From positions 128,001-192,000 of the forward strand of contig JAHPZI010000030.1 in assembly GCA_019058295.1 (NCBI GenBank): a stretch of 64,000 bases of DNA. Direction: 5' to 3'. Of the stretch, positions 18,172-28,442 are shown piece by piece. The DNA comes from Promethearchaeota archaeon. Its GTDB lineage: Archaea > Asgardarchaeota > Lokiarchaeia > Sigyniarchaeales > SOKP01. Under the pieces are notes generated by a model, which saw only the letters and a list, made by a program, of their open reading frames with translations, made no database searches and was not told where the DNA came from. The position numbers were made by a program, and so were the translations under genes. Positions within the stretch are counted from its first letter, which is position 1, and each line of letters opens with the position of its first letter.

Positions 18172-18924
18172 ATGAAATTTAACATTTGCGTTGCAATTCC
18201 AATTAAATCAGGAAATGTAAAGGAGAATGAAGAAATAATTAAAAGAGTGTTAGAAACTAAGCCTGATCTAATTGAATTTAGATTTGATTACATTGATGAA
18301 ATTTCGGAATTAACACCTGATTTTATAAAGAGCTTACTAGATCTTGTAGGATCTAATATTTTATCCATTTTTACATTTAGGGATCCCTCTGAAGGAGGTC
18401 AATGCGATTTAAATAAAGAAGAGCGCATAAAAATAATAAAATTATTGATTGAAGCTCAGCCTGAATATCTTGATATTGAAATGAACACAGAAATAGAAAA
18501 TCTAAGAGAAATTATAAATTTCGCTAATGAAAATGTAAAGCTCATATTTTCTTATCATGATTTTGATAAAACCCCATCTTTGGAAGTGGCAACTAGTATA
18601 TTTGAAAAATTTAAAGATAAATTACTTAATAATCATTTAGTTGATTTTTTAAGTTTTAAAAAAATTACTTATAAATTGATATTTACTGCTAAAAAATTTG
18701 AAGATAACTTAATTCCAATAAAATTATGTAGAGATATATCTGCGAAAGAAAAAAATCAGGGCATTATTAGTTTTTGTATGGGAGAATTAGGCATTTTCTC
18801 AAGAATAACATGTGCAAAGCTTGGCTCACTCTTAACTTATGGTTCTTTAGAGGATAAAACTGCACCAGGACAAATAAATATTAAAAAAATTAGAGAAATA
18901 CATCAATTATTATTTAATAATTAA
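18172..18924 (+). CDS. aroD: Type I 3-dehydroquinate dehydratase
   Basis: IEFRFD, FTFR..EGG, SYHDF..TP, MGE.G..SR, TAPGQ. Confidence 0.95.
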   Translation: MKFNICVAIPIKSGNVKENEEIIKRVLETKPDLIEFRFDYIDEISELTPDFIKSLLDLVGSNILSIFTFRDPSEGGQCDLNKEERIKIIKLLIEAQPEYLDIEMNTEIENLREIINFANENVKLIFSYHDFDKTPSLEVATSIFEKFKDKLLNNHLVDFLSFKKITYKLIFTAKKFEDNLIPIKLCRDISAKEKNQGIISFCMGELGIFSRITCAKLGSLLTYGSLEDKTAPGQINIKKIREIHQLLFNN

Positions 18925-18933
18925 AAATTAGAA

Positions 18934-20463
18934 ATGACGCTAAAAAAGGAAAGATCAATTTCAGAAATTTCCATTATACCCGAACCAGTAAAGATTATTC
19001 CGGAAGATGGAGAATTTATTTTAACCAATAAGACAGTTATTCTAACGGATGCACAATTAAAAAAGAATGCTGAATTTTTAAAAAAAATACTAACTCAAGC
19101 GACGGGTTTTAATCTACCCATCAAAGAGATCCCTCCAAGAGATAAAGATTCCAATGTTATAATCCTTAAAGTTAATGATAATAACAAAAAATTAAAGCCA
19201 GAAGGATATTCTCTTCATATTTCTCCAACAGAGATTAATATATCTGCTATCACGCCCGCAGGAGTATTTTATGGCATCCAAACATTATTACAGATTCTTC
19301 CCCCTGAAATAGAAAGTTCCAATGCAACAAACTTAGTATGGGCTATTCTATGTGTTAAAATTGAGGATTATCCCCGTTTTCCTTGGAGAGGATTTATGCT
19401 GGACGAATCAAGACACTTTTTTGGCAAAGATGTAGTAAAAAAATTGCTTGATCAAATGGCGCGTCTAAAATTTAATAAGTTTCATTGGCATCTTACAGAT
19501 GATCAAGGCTGGCGCATTGAGATAAAAAAATATCCTCTTCTTACAGAGATAGGATCGAAAAGGAAAGGAACAATCACTCCTCAAAATCGATTAGATGGAA
19601 TTCCTGTTTCTGGTTTTTATTCACAAAATGACTTAAAAGAAATTATTGATTATGCTGCTGAACGATTTATTACAATTATTCCTGAAATAGATGTTCCCGG
19701 TCATACTACAGCATTTATCGCTTCATATCCAGAGTTAAGCTGTACAGGTGGACCCTTCGAGGTCAGCACTCATTTTGGTATTCATAGAGAGGTTTTATGT
19801 ATAGGAAAAGAAAAAACATTTCAAGTTGTCCAAGATATTTTTGATGAAATCATAGAGATCTTTCCTTCTGAGATAATTCATACTGGGGGAGATGAAACTC
19901 CTACAAGAAGATGGAAAAGATGTCCTGATTGTCAAACTCGATTGAATAAAGAAGGGCTTGAGAAATTAGGAGATTTACAAGTTTACTTCACAAATAGAAT
20001 TGCGGATTACTTATCTTCTCAAGGATGCAGATTAATGGGTTGGAATGAAATTCTAAATGAAAAGTTATCTAAAAATGCCGTTTGCCAATATTGGTTCGGT
20101 CAAATATTGGAAGTTATAGATCATATAAGAAACGGAAGGGACGTAATTATGTCAGAAATGACTGCTGTCTATTTAAATTATCCTTATAAAATAACTCCAT
20201 TAATTAAAACTTATCAATATGATCCTATTCCAAATGATTTAGAAGAAAAATATCATCAATATATCCTTGGAATTGAAGCTTGTTTATGGGCTGAATTTGT
20301 TAAAGATCGTAAGCGTTTGGAATGGCAAGTATTTCCGCGCCTAATTGCTGTAGCAGAAACAGGATGGACTCCTAAAAAGAAAAAGAATTTCAACTCATTT
20401 GAAAAACGTCTTGATTCTTATCTTAAAAGATTAGAAATAAGTGGAATTAATTACGGTCAGTAA
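18934..20463 (+). CDS. Beta-N-acetylhexosaminidase (GH20)
   Basis: DYPRFPWRGFMLD.SRHF, FHWHLTDDQGWR, PEIDVPGH, HTGGDE, WAE. Confidence 0.95.
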   Translation: MTLKKERSISEISIIPEPVKIIPEDGEFILTNKTVILTDAQLKKNAEFLKKILTQATGFNLPIKEIPPRDKDSNVIILKVNDNNKKLKPEGYSLHISPTEINISAITPAGVFYGIQTLLQILPPEIESSNATNLVWAILCVKIEDYPRFPWRGFMLDESRHFFGKDVVKKLLDQMARLKFNKFHWHLTDDQGWRIEIKKYPLLTEIGSKRKGTITPQNRLDGIPVSGFYSQNDLKEIIDYAAERFITIIPEIDVPGHTTAFIASYPELSCTGGPFEVSTHFGIHREVLCIGKEKTFQVVQDIFDEIIEIFPSEIIHTGGDETPTRRWKRCPDCQTRLNKEGLEKLGDLQVYFTNRIADYLSSQGCRLMGWNEILNEKLSKNAVCQYWFGQILEVIDHIRNGRDVIMSEMTAVYLNYPYKITPLIKTYQYDPIPNDLEEKYHQYILGIEACLWAEFVKDRKRLEWQVFPRLIAVAETGWTPKKKKNFNSFEKRLDSYLKRLEISGINYGQ

Positions 20464-21955
20464 TAGAAATTACATTAAAATTGTTGTTGGAATCAAAATG
20501 AACGGGAAAAGTTTGTCCAACGAGTTCTTGTTGCTCCAGATTTAACAATACCTCTGTGTTTGCTTCTATATATGCAAGAGTGCGACGAGAGTTCTCAAGA
20601 TGGCCGATTACAACACCTCGCCTCGGATATCCTTTTCTGTCGTAAATAAATGTATAACCCTCAATAGTAAGTTGACCATTTGCTTCTTCAACTGGTTCTG
20701 GTAAAATCTCTGCTAAAATTGATTGTTGTACCTTGGCCTCATCATTATCGCCCCATAATTTAACAGGTGGATCATTACCATAAATTCCAAATGATTGTTT
20801 ATTATTATATCCTCCATTGGCTACAACCATTATTTTTAATGAGGGATTTTTACGAATAAGATTAATAGTTGATACAATTGCATGCATCGTATAATTACTC
20901 CAGGGACCACCAAAAAAAGGATTTCCTCCCGTTACAGTTAGGTCTCGAGTATCATTTTCAGGAATGCCAATTTCTTTCATCATGATTTCTACAATGGAAG
21001 GAAAGCAACTATATAGGTCAAATTTATCAATATTTTCCAGCGTGAGACCAGCTTGTTCTAAGGCAAGTCGTGATCCTTCCCTAGATGCTGGAGAATCGTG
21101 AATTCGTGGACGTCGTGTAATATCGTGGATGTTTTTAAGATCGGCACAACCCATTAGATAAATCCAACGTTTTTTATCAATTTTGAATTTTTCAGCAATC
21201 TTCTCATTCGTCATTATTAGAGTGGCAGCTTGATCGACGAACATATTTGAACACATGCGTTTAGTGTAAGGATAATTTATAATACGATTTTCAGGAGTAG
21301 CAGTGGCTATTTCTTCAGCACTATAAGCTTTTTTAGTCCAAGAATTTGGATTTTTGGATGCAATTTTAGCAAATCTTTCAAAAAGTTCTCCTATATACCG
21401 TTTATGCTCTTCCAGACTTCTACCAGACGCAGCGCGTATAGCTGTCTCAAAAATGGCATAACTACAAGAAGGGAATATCAGTTTGTAGTGATTCTCAAAA
21501 TGATTTATACCATTCCAACGTTCTCCTTCCATGTATTTAGGATTTTTGCGTTTAGGCCAATTTCTAGGTGTTAAACTGGTTCGTGAAGCTGTATAGTGAG
21601 CTTCACCACCTGTAATAAGAATTGCTTGGCTTTTTCCAGAGTATATGGCCTTAGCAGCCCGATTTACCATCATCTGAGGTGTATTACCACCATCTGGCAA
21701 ATAAACTTTTTGGACAGGCTTTATTCCGAGTATTTTGCTAAGTTCACCTGGAGCATCCTCATAAGACCAGCTAAAGACATTAATCATGTAGATTGTATCT
21801 ATTAATTCCTTTATACCATCTGTTCCAACATCTTTAAGAGCCATTTGGCCAGTTTTGACCATTAAATTAAGAGGATCAACTGCTTGAGTAGTTTCTTTAG
21901 GTTGTGTATACTGAGCTACTCCTACAATTATAGGATTATTTTCTTTACTCACCAT
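20447..21955 (-). CDS. Thiolase-like (acetyl-CoA acetyltransferase family) protein
   Basis: PIIVGVAQ, GGNTPQ, DLYSCFP, LTVTGG.PFFGGP..NY..HAI. ATG at 21955. Confidence 0.85.
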   Translation of the reverse strand: MVSKENNPIIVGVAQYTQPKETTQAVDPLNLMVKTGQMALKDVGTDGIKELIDTIYMINVFSWSYEDAPGELSKILGIKPVQKVYLPDGGNTPQMMVNRAAKAIYSGKSQAILITGGEAHYTASRTSLTPRNWPKRKNPKYMEGERWNGINHFENHYKLIFPSCSYAIFETAIRAASGRSLEEHKRYIGELFERFAKIASKNPNSWTKKAYSAEEIATATPENRIINYPYTKRMCSNMFVDQAATLIMTNEKIAEKFKIDKKRWIYLMGCADLKNIHDITRRPRIHDSPASREGSRLALEQAGLTLENIDKFDLYSCFPSIVEIMMKEIGIPENDTRDLTVTGGNPFFGGPWSNYTMHAIVSTINLIRKNPSLKIMVVANGGYNNKQSFGIYGNDPPVKLWGDNDEAKVQQSILAEILPEPVEEANGQLTIEGYTFIYDRKGYPRRGVVIGHLENSRRTLAYIEANTEVLLNLEQQELVGQTFPVHFDSNNNFNVISITDRN

Positions 21956-22020
21956 TATCAAATTAAAATATAGAAAAAAATATATCAATTATGATTTGAT
22001 AAAAAATTATTAAGTGCTTT
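21923..22020. repeat. 98-bp direct repeat covering the thiolase upstream region and first 11 codons (copy at 22773-22870)
   Basis: 90/98 identical, ungapped, 850 bp apart. Confidence 0.95.
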
Positions 22021-22713
22021 CTATTGAAAGCCTAAAAAGATCAAAATAACCCCTACACACTTTATAATGTGAGAAATTGCATGAATTTGTATTCGGTCTA
22101 AGCCAGTCATATTTACAATCACAATTAGAATATATTCATTTAGCATTAATGATCCAACAAATAATATTATAAAACCGAATAATGCTAATAGAGCTCTTTT
22201 TCTTATTATTCCATCACTTTTGATTGCGATATAAATATATGCTATAGGAATATAAAGCACCATAATTGTTGGCAGGAACAAAAAGAAAGTGGCAAGTAAA
22301 AGATCTGTTGCGATCATTCCAAGAGATACAAATGTAATATAAATAAAAAACAATAGATATTTATCACGACCATGTAGTATTCTTTTTTCTAATAAACCTA
22401 TTAATAAACCAAGAGTAACTAATTGAAATCCATTTCCTATTTTCCACATGATAAGATTTTCTGAAGTCATGTTTTCAGATACGTTAAATTCAGTTGCAAA
22501 GTCAAAAATAGTATAAAATATTCGCCCAATACACAAGAAAAAAAAACATAACCCATATATTAAAAATATATAATATTTTTCTCTTGTAGATTCATGTTCT
22601 TTATTCATAACATAAAATTTTCTAATGAAAAATAAACCAAATATTATATAACAACCTAAGAGTACTCCTAATGCAATAAAATAAAAAATTAAAATTGTGG
22701 TATCAATTTCCAT
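22021..22713 (-). CDS. Seven-transmembrane protein of unknown function
   Basis: About 7 hydrophobic helices in 230 aa; flanked by the 98-bp direct repeats. Confidence 0.75.
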   Translation of the reverse strand: MEIDTTILIFYFIALGVLLGCYIIFGLFFIRKFYVMNKEHESTREKYYIFLIYGLCFFFLCIGRIFYTIFDFATEFNVSENMTSENLIMWKIGNGFQLVTLGLLIGLLEKRILHGRDKYLLFFIYITFVSLGMIATDLLLATFFLFLPTIMVLYIPIAYIYIAIKSDGIIRKRALLALFGFIILFVGSLMLNEYILIVIVNMTGLDRIQIHAISHIIKCVGVILIFLGFQ

Positions 22714-22772
22714 TTTTTCATCCCATCTAACTTATAATTTACAAAATTTTCTTAATTATAATTATTATATAA

Positions 22773-22870
22773 TACAATTATAGGATTAAATTCTTTAATT
22801 ACCATTATCAAATTAAAATATGGAAAAAAATATATCAATTACGATTTGATGAAAATTTATTAAGTGCTTT
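22773..22870. repeat. Second copy of the 98-bp repeat (thiolase 5' stub MVIKEFNPIIV)
   Basis: 90/98 identical to 21923-22020. Confidence 0.95.
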
Positions 22871-22992
22871 TTATTACTTAGAAAAGTAGAAACTTCTGAA
22901 GATTATTATATCTTTATAAGAATTTAAAAAAAAAAATTAGTATTTATTATTCTTTCCCTCCGCTGAAGTGTCGCAACCAAATGTGAGATTGG

Positions 22993-23160
22993 TTACCGAT
23001 CGAACACAAAACCACAATCTCCACATTTAACTTGCTTCGCATAAACAGGTGTTCCTTGCATAGAATAATATAATACTTTAGTTTTATCAGGGGTTTCATG
23101 AAGTTTACGTGGATTCTCATTTCCACAATTAGAACATTTAACTCGCTTATAATCAGACAT
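22993..23160 (-). CDS. Small zinc-ribbon protein (55 aa; below the ORF-track cutoff)
   Basis: MSDYKRVKCSNCGNENPRKLHETPDKTKVLYYSMQGTPVYAKQVKCGDCGFVFDR, with two CxxC pairs. Confidence 0.85.
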   Translation of the reverse strand: MSDYKRVKCSNCGNENPRKLHETPDKTKVLYYSMQGTPVYAKQVKCGDCGFVFDR

Positions 23161-23218
23161 AATAAAATATATTCTTTTGTTTATAATTAAACAATGGATG
23201 AGTTTTATAAATTTAAAT

Positions 23219-23749
23219 TTAGGTTTTTAAGTTTGTTTTCGAGATGATTTCGATAACAATATCTTCAATTTTTTTTCCTGTTGTCTCAATAATTATCTCT
23301 GCTGCGGCTTCATAAAAAGGTTTTCTAAAGTCTAAAACTTTTTTAATCTCAGCTTCTGGATCTTCTTTATCAATGACAGGTCTAGTCTCTTGACCATCTT
23401 TCATGGCTCTTTTGTAAATTTCCTCTGCTGAGGCGTTTAATAAAACAATATGACAATTTTCTTTTAAATTATCAATGTTAATTTTATTTAAAACGACACC
23501 ACCTCCACATGAAATTATAACATTACTAAATTTTGCAGCTTTCTTACAAGCAGCAATTTCATACTCCCTAAATCTAATTTCTCCATCTTCAGTAAAAATT
23601 TCAGGAATCGTTTTCCCAGCGTCTTCAATAATAATTTGATCAGTTTCTATAAATCTATAATTGTCTCCGAGAGCATCAGCTAATGCATTTCCTACCACAG
23701 TTTTTCCAGTTGCCATGAAACCAATAAGCGCAATAGAATCCTTAGTCAT
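23219..23749 (-). CDS. aroK: Shikimate kinase (AroK/NMP-kinase type)
   Basis: LIGFMATGKT, GE..FR..E, SCGGGVV, TRP, R.PFY. Confidence 0.95.
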   Translation of the reverse strand: MTKDSIALIGFMATGKTVVGNALADALGDNYRFIETDQIIIEDAGKTIPEIFTEDGEIRFREYEIAACKKAAKFSNVIISCGGGVVLNKINIDNLKENCHIVLLNASAEEIYKRAMKDGQETRPVIDKEDPEAEIKKVLDFRKPFYEAAAEIIIETTGKKIEDIVIEIISKTNLKT

Positions 23750-23805
23750 TTTTTCTCTTAAAATTTTAAAATTTTACTTATTTCAATAATTATATAATAT
23801 TTATT

Positions 23806-25851
23806 TTAAATATTTTTTAGTTCGCTGAATAGTTGTGAAAATTCTGATATTGCTCTATAAAATACAGGAGGTTCTCCAATTGGTGTAGATATATCTAGCC
23901 ATCCTCCTTTGTAACTTCTACCTGACCAGAGATGGACCCAATTATCTTCTGGAAGATAAACTTTCCAGGTGGTTTTATCTTTTGAATATACTGGAGCAAT
24001 AAGGAGATCTCTTCCATAAAGATATTGATATTTAATACGATGGAGGATTGGCTCATCTTCATAATGAATATAAGGATGTCGCATTGAAGGCAACCCAGTA
24101 GTTCGATACTCGTCTAATATATGACGGGTATAAGGTACAAGATGTGAATGAATACGTGTAAATTTTGCTAAATGTGCTAGGGTCTCCTCATCGGAATCAA
24201 ATTTCCAGTCTATACGCCCTTCATATTCATGTCCTTCATGAGATCGCATAACACATGTGAAAGCTGCATGTTCAGTCCATCTCATAAATAGCTCTTTTGT
24301 GCGTTTAAATGCAGAAAAAGTAAATAAACCTCCGATATCAGAGTGAAAATGACCAATTCCGCAAAAACCTATTGATAATCCGGCACAAATGACGGATGCC
24401 AATCCATTATTAATAGAAAAACTTGCGAGTTGATCACCCCCCCATATTAATGGTGAATATTTCGAAGTTCCAATACCTCCAGAACGATTGAAGAAAATAA
24501 TCTCATCCTTTCCTTCTTGTGATTCATATTCTTTTGTGGCTTCATAGTTTACTTTTGCCCAAAGGACGGGATATTTATTATGATGAATACGCGGGGCCTC
24601 TCCTGAATATAAAGCACAATCCATAGGAATATATTCAGCATAATCACACATCCAACCGCTCAATCCTATCTTAAGCATATTTTCATTAATAATTTCTTTT
24701 ATCCATTCCCATGCTTCTGGATTTGAGAGATCAATCATACCTACAGAAAATGTCAGCATTAAAATATCGTAAACATTTCCGTCTTTCTTCTTTATTAGAT
24801 AACCTTTTTCTTCTGCTTCCTTATATTGATCGCCGTGCTTCATTAGAAAACAATTGTTATATCCTAAGAATTTTATTCCCTTTGCATTTAATTGTTTAAT
24901 AAAATCTGGAAGGTTGGGGTATCTTTGATTATCATATTGCCAGTCCCAGAATAAACGGGTTTCAAATCGCGAGATTTTATAGAGTCCTGTCCAATCTTGC
25001 GACCATATTGCAGAGACCTTTATATTCGCATCAAGTGCTCGTTTTAATTTCTGAGGAATACTCCATTGACTATTCTCATCAAGACCTCCTCCTACTCCTA
25101 ACCATAAACCATTAATAGACCAATCAGGAAGGTTGGGTTGTCGTCCTAAATAATTTGAGAGCGATTGGATCACCTCTACAGCTGTAGGTCTAACATCAAT
25201 GATAATTCGATTTGGTATTTCCCAAAAATGAAGCCTATGGAAGTTTCTACTACAAAAATTAAATCTTGCATATGCATAGCTCTCCACATGTATGAAATAA
25301 TTTCGTGAAGAAACAAAAGTAGGTTGCGGATAATATGTCGTATGCCAGGCGCCTGAACCACCCTCTAAATATAATTCTGCCAATTTTGAGAATCTAGAAT
25401 GATCTCGTCCAAAACCAGGTTCCCGACTCCAAAGAGGCACGTTTCGGCGACGCATATTTAACACAGAGAATTGTTCACCAAGCCCATAAATCGATTCATC
25501 TTTAATTGCGGGAATATGGATTGTGAAACGATTGTAATTTTGATTATTCTTCAGTAAAGATATATCAACTTCAAGACGATCAGATATTATATTTAACTGG
25601 AGTTTGAGTAAGTCGTCGAATTCGACTATTATCCTAATTTCACTAATTTCTACAAATTTAAATTCTTTAAGCCCCTGCATTTGCAGGTTATTATCTTTAG
25701 GTCTGTAAATTCCACAATGTTTATCATTCATGCGATAATTTTCTTGACCAGTACCAATTTCTATACAAGGATTTTTATTAGAATGTCTTAAAAATTCAAA
25801 TTCTTTGAAGAATATTTTAAATTGGTTTTGATCCCGTTCAAGTCTTAACAT
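23806..25851 (-). CDS. GH31 alpha-glucosidase, YihQ/sulfoquinovosidase-like
   Basis: YGLGEQFS, TYYPQPTFVSS, QDW.G, GWMCDYAEY nucleophile, WGGDQ, HSDIGG, MRSHEG. Confidence 0.9.
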   Translation of the reverse strand: MLRLERDQNQFKIFFKEFEFLRHSNKNPCIEIGTGQENYRMNDKHCGIYRPKDNNLQMQGLKEFKFVEISEIRIIVEFDDLLKLQLNIISDRLEVDISLLKNNQNYNRFTIHIPAIKDESIYGLGEQFSVLNMRRRNVPLWSREPGFGRDHSRFSKLAELYLEGGSGAWHTTYYPQPTFVSSRNYFIHVESYAYARFNFCSRNFHRLHFWEIPNRIIIDVRPTAVEVIQSLSNYLGRQPNLPDWSINGLWLGVGGGLDENSQWSIPQKLKRALDANIKVSAIWSQDWTGLYKISRFETRLFWDWQYDNQRYPNLPDFIKQLNAKGIKFLGYNNCFLMKHGDQYKEAEEKGYLIKKKDGNVYDILMLTFSVGMIDLSNPEAWEWIKEIINENMLKIGLSGWMCDYAEYIPMDCALYSGEAPRIHHNKYPVLWAKVNYEATKEYESQEGKDEIIFFNRSGGIGTSKYSPLIWGGDQLASFSINNGLASVICAGLSIGFCGIGHFHSDIGGLFTFSAFKRTKELFMRWTEHAAFTCVMRSHEGHEYEGRIDWKFDSDEETLAHLAKFTRIHSHLVPYTRHILDEYRTTGLPSMRHPYIHYEDEPILHRIKYQYLYGRDLLIAPVYSKDKTTWKVYLPEDNWVHLWSGRSYKGGWLDISTPIGEPPVFYRAISEFSQLFSELKNI

Positions 25852-26017
25852 ATTTTTACGCTCCTAAAACATGTATAAGAAATAATATTTTAAGACAATT
25901 AATATATTCTAAAATTAATGTTAGAATTAAAAATAAAATATTAGTTTAAAAACACTTAATTTGAATCTTAAATTCTAAATTTAACAATATAATTAATAAT
26001 AAGAGTCTGAAAAAATT

Positions 26018-26875
26018 TTGAAACTCTCCGGACATACAAAAACTTTTTGTCTCATTGGACATCCCGTTGAGCATTCAATGTCTCCTACAATGTGGAATCC
26101 TGCATTACAAGAATTAGACCTTGATTATATGTATGTTGCATTTAACGTACATCCAGATGATTTAGAAAAGGCTATAAACGGTATAAGGGCTCTTGGGATA
26201 AAGGGAGTGAATGTTACAATACCTCATAAGGAAACAATTATAAAATATATAGATGAAATTGATCCAATTGCTCGCAAAATGGGTGCCATTAATACGATTA
26301 AGAATGACAATGGATTATTAAAAGGCAGAAATACTGACGGTGATGGCGCCAGGAAATCTCTTATAGATGCTGGTTGCGAAATATTAGGTAAAAAAATATT
26401 AATACTAGGCTCAGGAGGAGTAGCAAGAGCTATATGTTATATTTTATCTAAAGAAGCTGAAAAAATTATCCTAACTGATATTATTGAGGAAAGAGCTATA
26501 AATTTAGCTAAGGAAGTAAAAGATAAGATGAAGGCTGAAGTTATAGGGAAACTAAGCAGTGAAACCAATATTAAAGAAGATATTAAAGATACGGATATTT
26601 TAATTAACGCAACACCTTTAGGTATGTACCCTAAGGTTAACGCAACTCCAATATCCAAGGAATTGCTACAAAGTAATTTATTTGTTTTTGATGTGATATA
26701 TAATCCTTTAGAAACAAAGTTAATGAAAGAAGCTGCAGAAATTGGATGTAAAACCCTTGGTGGCTTAGATATGCTGATTAATCAAGGAGTTATAGCTTTT
26801 GAATGGTGGACTGGAAAATCACCAAATAGTGCCCTTATGAAAAACAAAATAATCGATTTTTTAGGAATTAAATAA
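26018..26875 (+). CDS. aroE: Shikimate dehydrogenase
   Basis: GHPVEHSMSP, NVTIPHK, GAINT, NTDG, GSGG.ARA, NATPLGM, GLDMLINQG. Confidence 0.97.
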   Translation: MKLSGHTKTFCLIGHPVEHSMSPTMWNPALQELDLDYMYVAFNVHPDDLEKAINGIRALGIKGVNVTIPHKETIIKYIDEIDPIARKMGAINTIKNDNGLLKGRNTDGDGARKSLIDAGCEILGKKILILGSGGVARAICYILSKEAEKIILTDIIEERAINLAKEVKDKMKAEVIGKLSSETNIKEDIKDTDILINATPLGMYPKVNATPISKELLQSNLFVFDVIYNPLETKLMKEAAEIGCKTLGGLDMLINQGVIAFEWWTGKSPNSALMKNKIIDFLGIK

Positions 26876-28110
26876 TGTTAGGGAAGAAGAAAAAACCTAT
26901 TGTATCAGTAGCATGCAATGAAAATATTACCTTAGCGGTTAAAACATGTTTAGATCAAATTAAAATTCCTGATTTAACAGAAAAAACAGTCTTATTAAAA
27001 CCAAATGTTGGCAGAGAAGAGGATCCTTATTTAGGAATAAATACAAATCCTGAAGTTGTAATTGCTATTTTTAATTACTTAAAAAAAAAATTTAAGGCAC
27101 GATTTTTAATTGGTGACTCTCCTATAATAAATACTGATACAAGAAAGGCATTTGAGCAATCCGGCTATAATAATCTATTGAACGATGACGATATTCAATT
27201 TATCGATTTAGATGATAAACCTCCCATCGAATTAGATATACCAAATGGAAAAATTCTAAAGAAAATCAAGGTTACCGGTTACTGGAATGATATTGATTCT
27301 ATAATATCAATTCCCGTCTTAAAAATGCATATGCACTGTGGTGCTTCTCTAAGTTTTAAAAATTTAAAAGGGTTAATCTATAAAAGAAAAAAAGTTACTT
27401 TACATCATCTTCAAGCTCCCGAAGTAATAAGCCAATTGAAAGATTCGATAAGGAAAATTAAAGAATTAGATGTTGCAATCGCAGATCTTGCTCATATATT
27501 TCATCCTCACTTGATAGTAATAGACGCATCATATGCTCAAGAGGGGATGGGACCTTCTTCGGGAAATCCTGTGAAATTAGACACAATAATAGCATCTACA
27601 GATTACCTTGCAGCAGATATCATTGCCCTTGCATTAACTCAACCAGAATGGTCTTTAGAAAATGTCCCTCATTTGAAACTCATATCAGATATGATACCAA
27701 ATGCTCCAAAAAATTGTGAAGATATCTTAATAATTCCCGAAAATATTCAAGAATTTGTAAGACCTTTAGAACCCCCTCCAACTTCAATAAGCATTAAATA
27801 TAAAAATGTGAATTTAATTGACATTGATTCCTGCTCTGCATGTCTTTCCACAATATTTAATTTATTGAAAAATAATAAGGATTTTATTGATAATCATTTC
27901 ACTGCCGAAAATCCACTCAATTTAGCTATAGGTAAAGGAATAAAAAATTCCGATCTCTATGAAGATACATTTTTAATTGGAAATTGTACTTATGAACAAC
28001 GAGAAAATGGTACTTTTATTAAAGGATGTACACCCGTTGAGTCAACTATTTTAGAAATAATAAAGAACAACTTAAAAAAAATAAGAAAGAAGATTAAAAA
28101 AGAAAATTAA
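26875..28110 (+). CDS. DUF362 domain protein with C-terminal Cys-containing (Fe-S) domain
   Basis: VLLKPN, T.PEVV, PVLKMH, KNLKG, EGMGP, CSAC...GNC...GC.P. Confidence 0.85.
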   Translation: MLGKKKKPIVSVACNENITLAVKTCLDQIKIPDLTEKTVLLKPNVGREEDPYLGINTNPEVVIAIFNYLKKKFKARFLIGDSPIINTDTRKAFEQSGYNNLLNDDDIQFIDLDDKPPIELDIPNGKILKKIKVTGYWNDIDSIISIPVLKMHMHCGASLSFKNLKGLIYKRKKVTLHHLQAPEVISQLKDSIRKIKELDVAIADLAHIFHPHLIVIDASYAQEGMGPSSGNPVKLDTIIASTDYLAADIIALALTQPEWSLENVPHLKLISDMIPNAPKNCEDILIIPENIQEFVRPLEPPPTSISIKYKNVNLIDIDSCSACLSTIFNLLKNNKDFIDNHFTAENPLNLAIGKGIKNSDLYEDTFLIGNCTYEQRENGTFIKGCTPVESTILEIIKNNLKKIRKKIKKEN

Positions 28111-28442
28111 AATTTTTGTACTATATTATCTCCGCAAAAATTGCAGATTTTAGCTTCATCTCTATATTCTATTTCAGTTCCACAATTATAACAAAATTTT
28201 ACTTTTTCATTAGTTATTAATTTTGGTGTCACGTTTTCTAGTTGTGGGGGTTGACAGAGTGTACGACAAAATTCACAATATTTTGGCTTTTGGTCGATAT
28301 AGTATAAAATATATATGACTAATCCTATCCCTGTAAAAGCCAAAATGAATGCTAACAAAAAGCTAAAACTTCCTTTTTCTTTAACTACGTTTTTTTTACA
28401 ATTGGGACAATATCCTAATGATTCCAAATTTACTACCTCCAA
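28107..28442 (-). CDS. LITAF-like zinc-ribbon membrane protein with C-terminal zinc ribbon
   Basis: CPNC-hydrophobic segment-CEFC, then CYNCG...CNFCG. Confidence 0.75.
   Translation of the reverse strand: MEVVNLESLGYCPNCKKNVVKEKGSFSFLLAFILAFTGIGLVIYILYYIDQKPKYCEFCRTLCQPPQLENVTPKLITNEKVKFCYNCGTEIEYRDEAKICNFCGDNIVQKF

Noticed and set aside
25906-25927. attctaa-N8-ttagaat inverted repeat between the GH31 gene and aroE
   Set aside because: Short and AT-rich, so expected by chance at this composition
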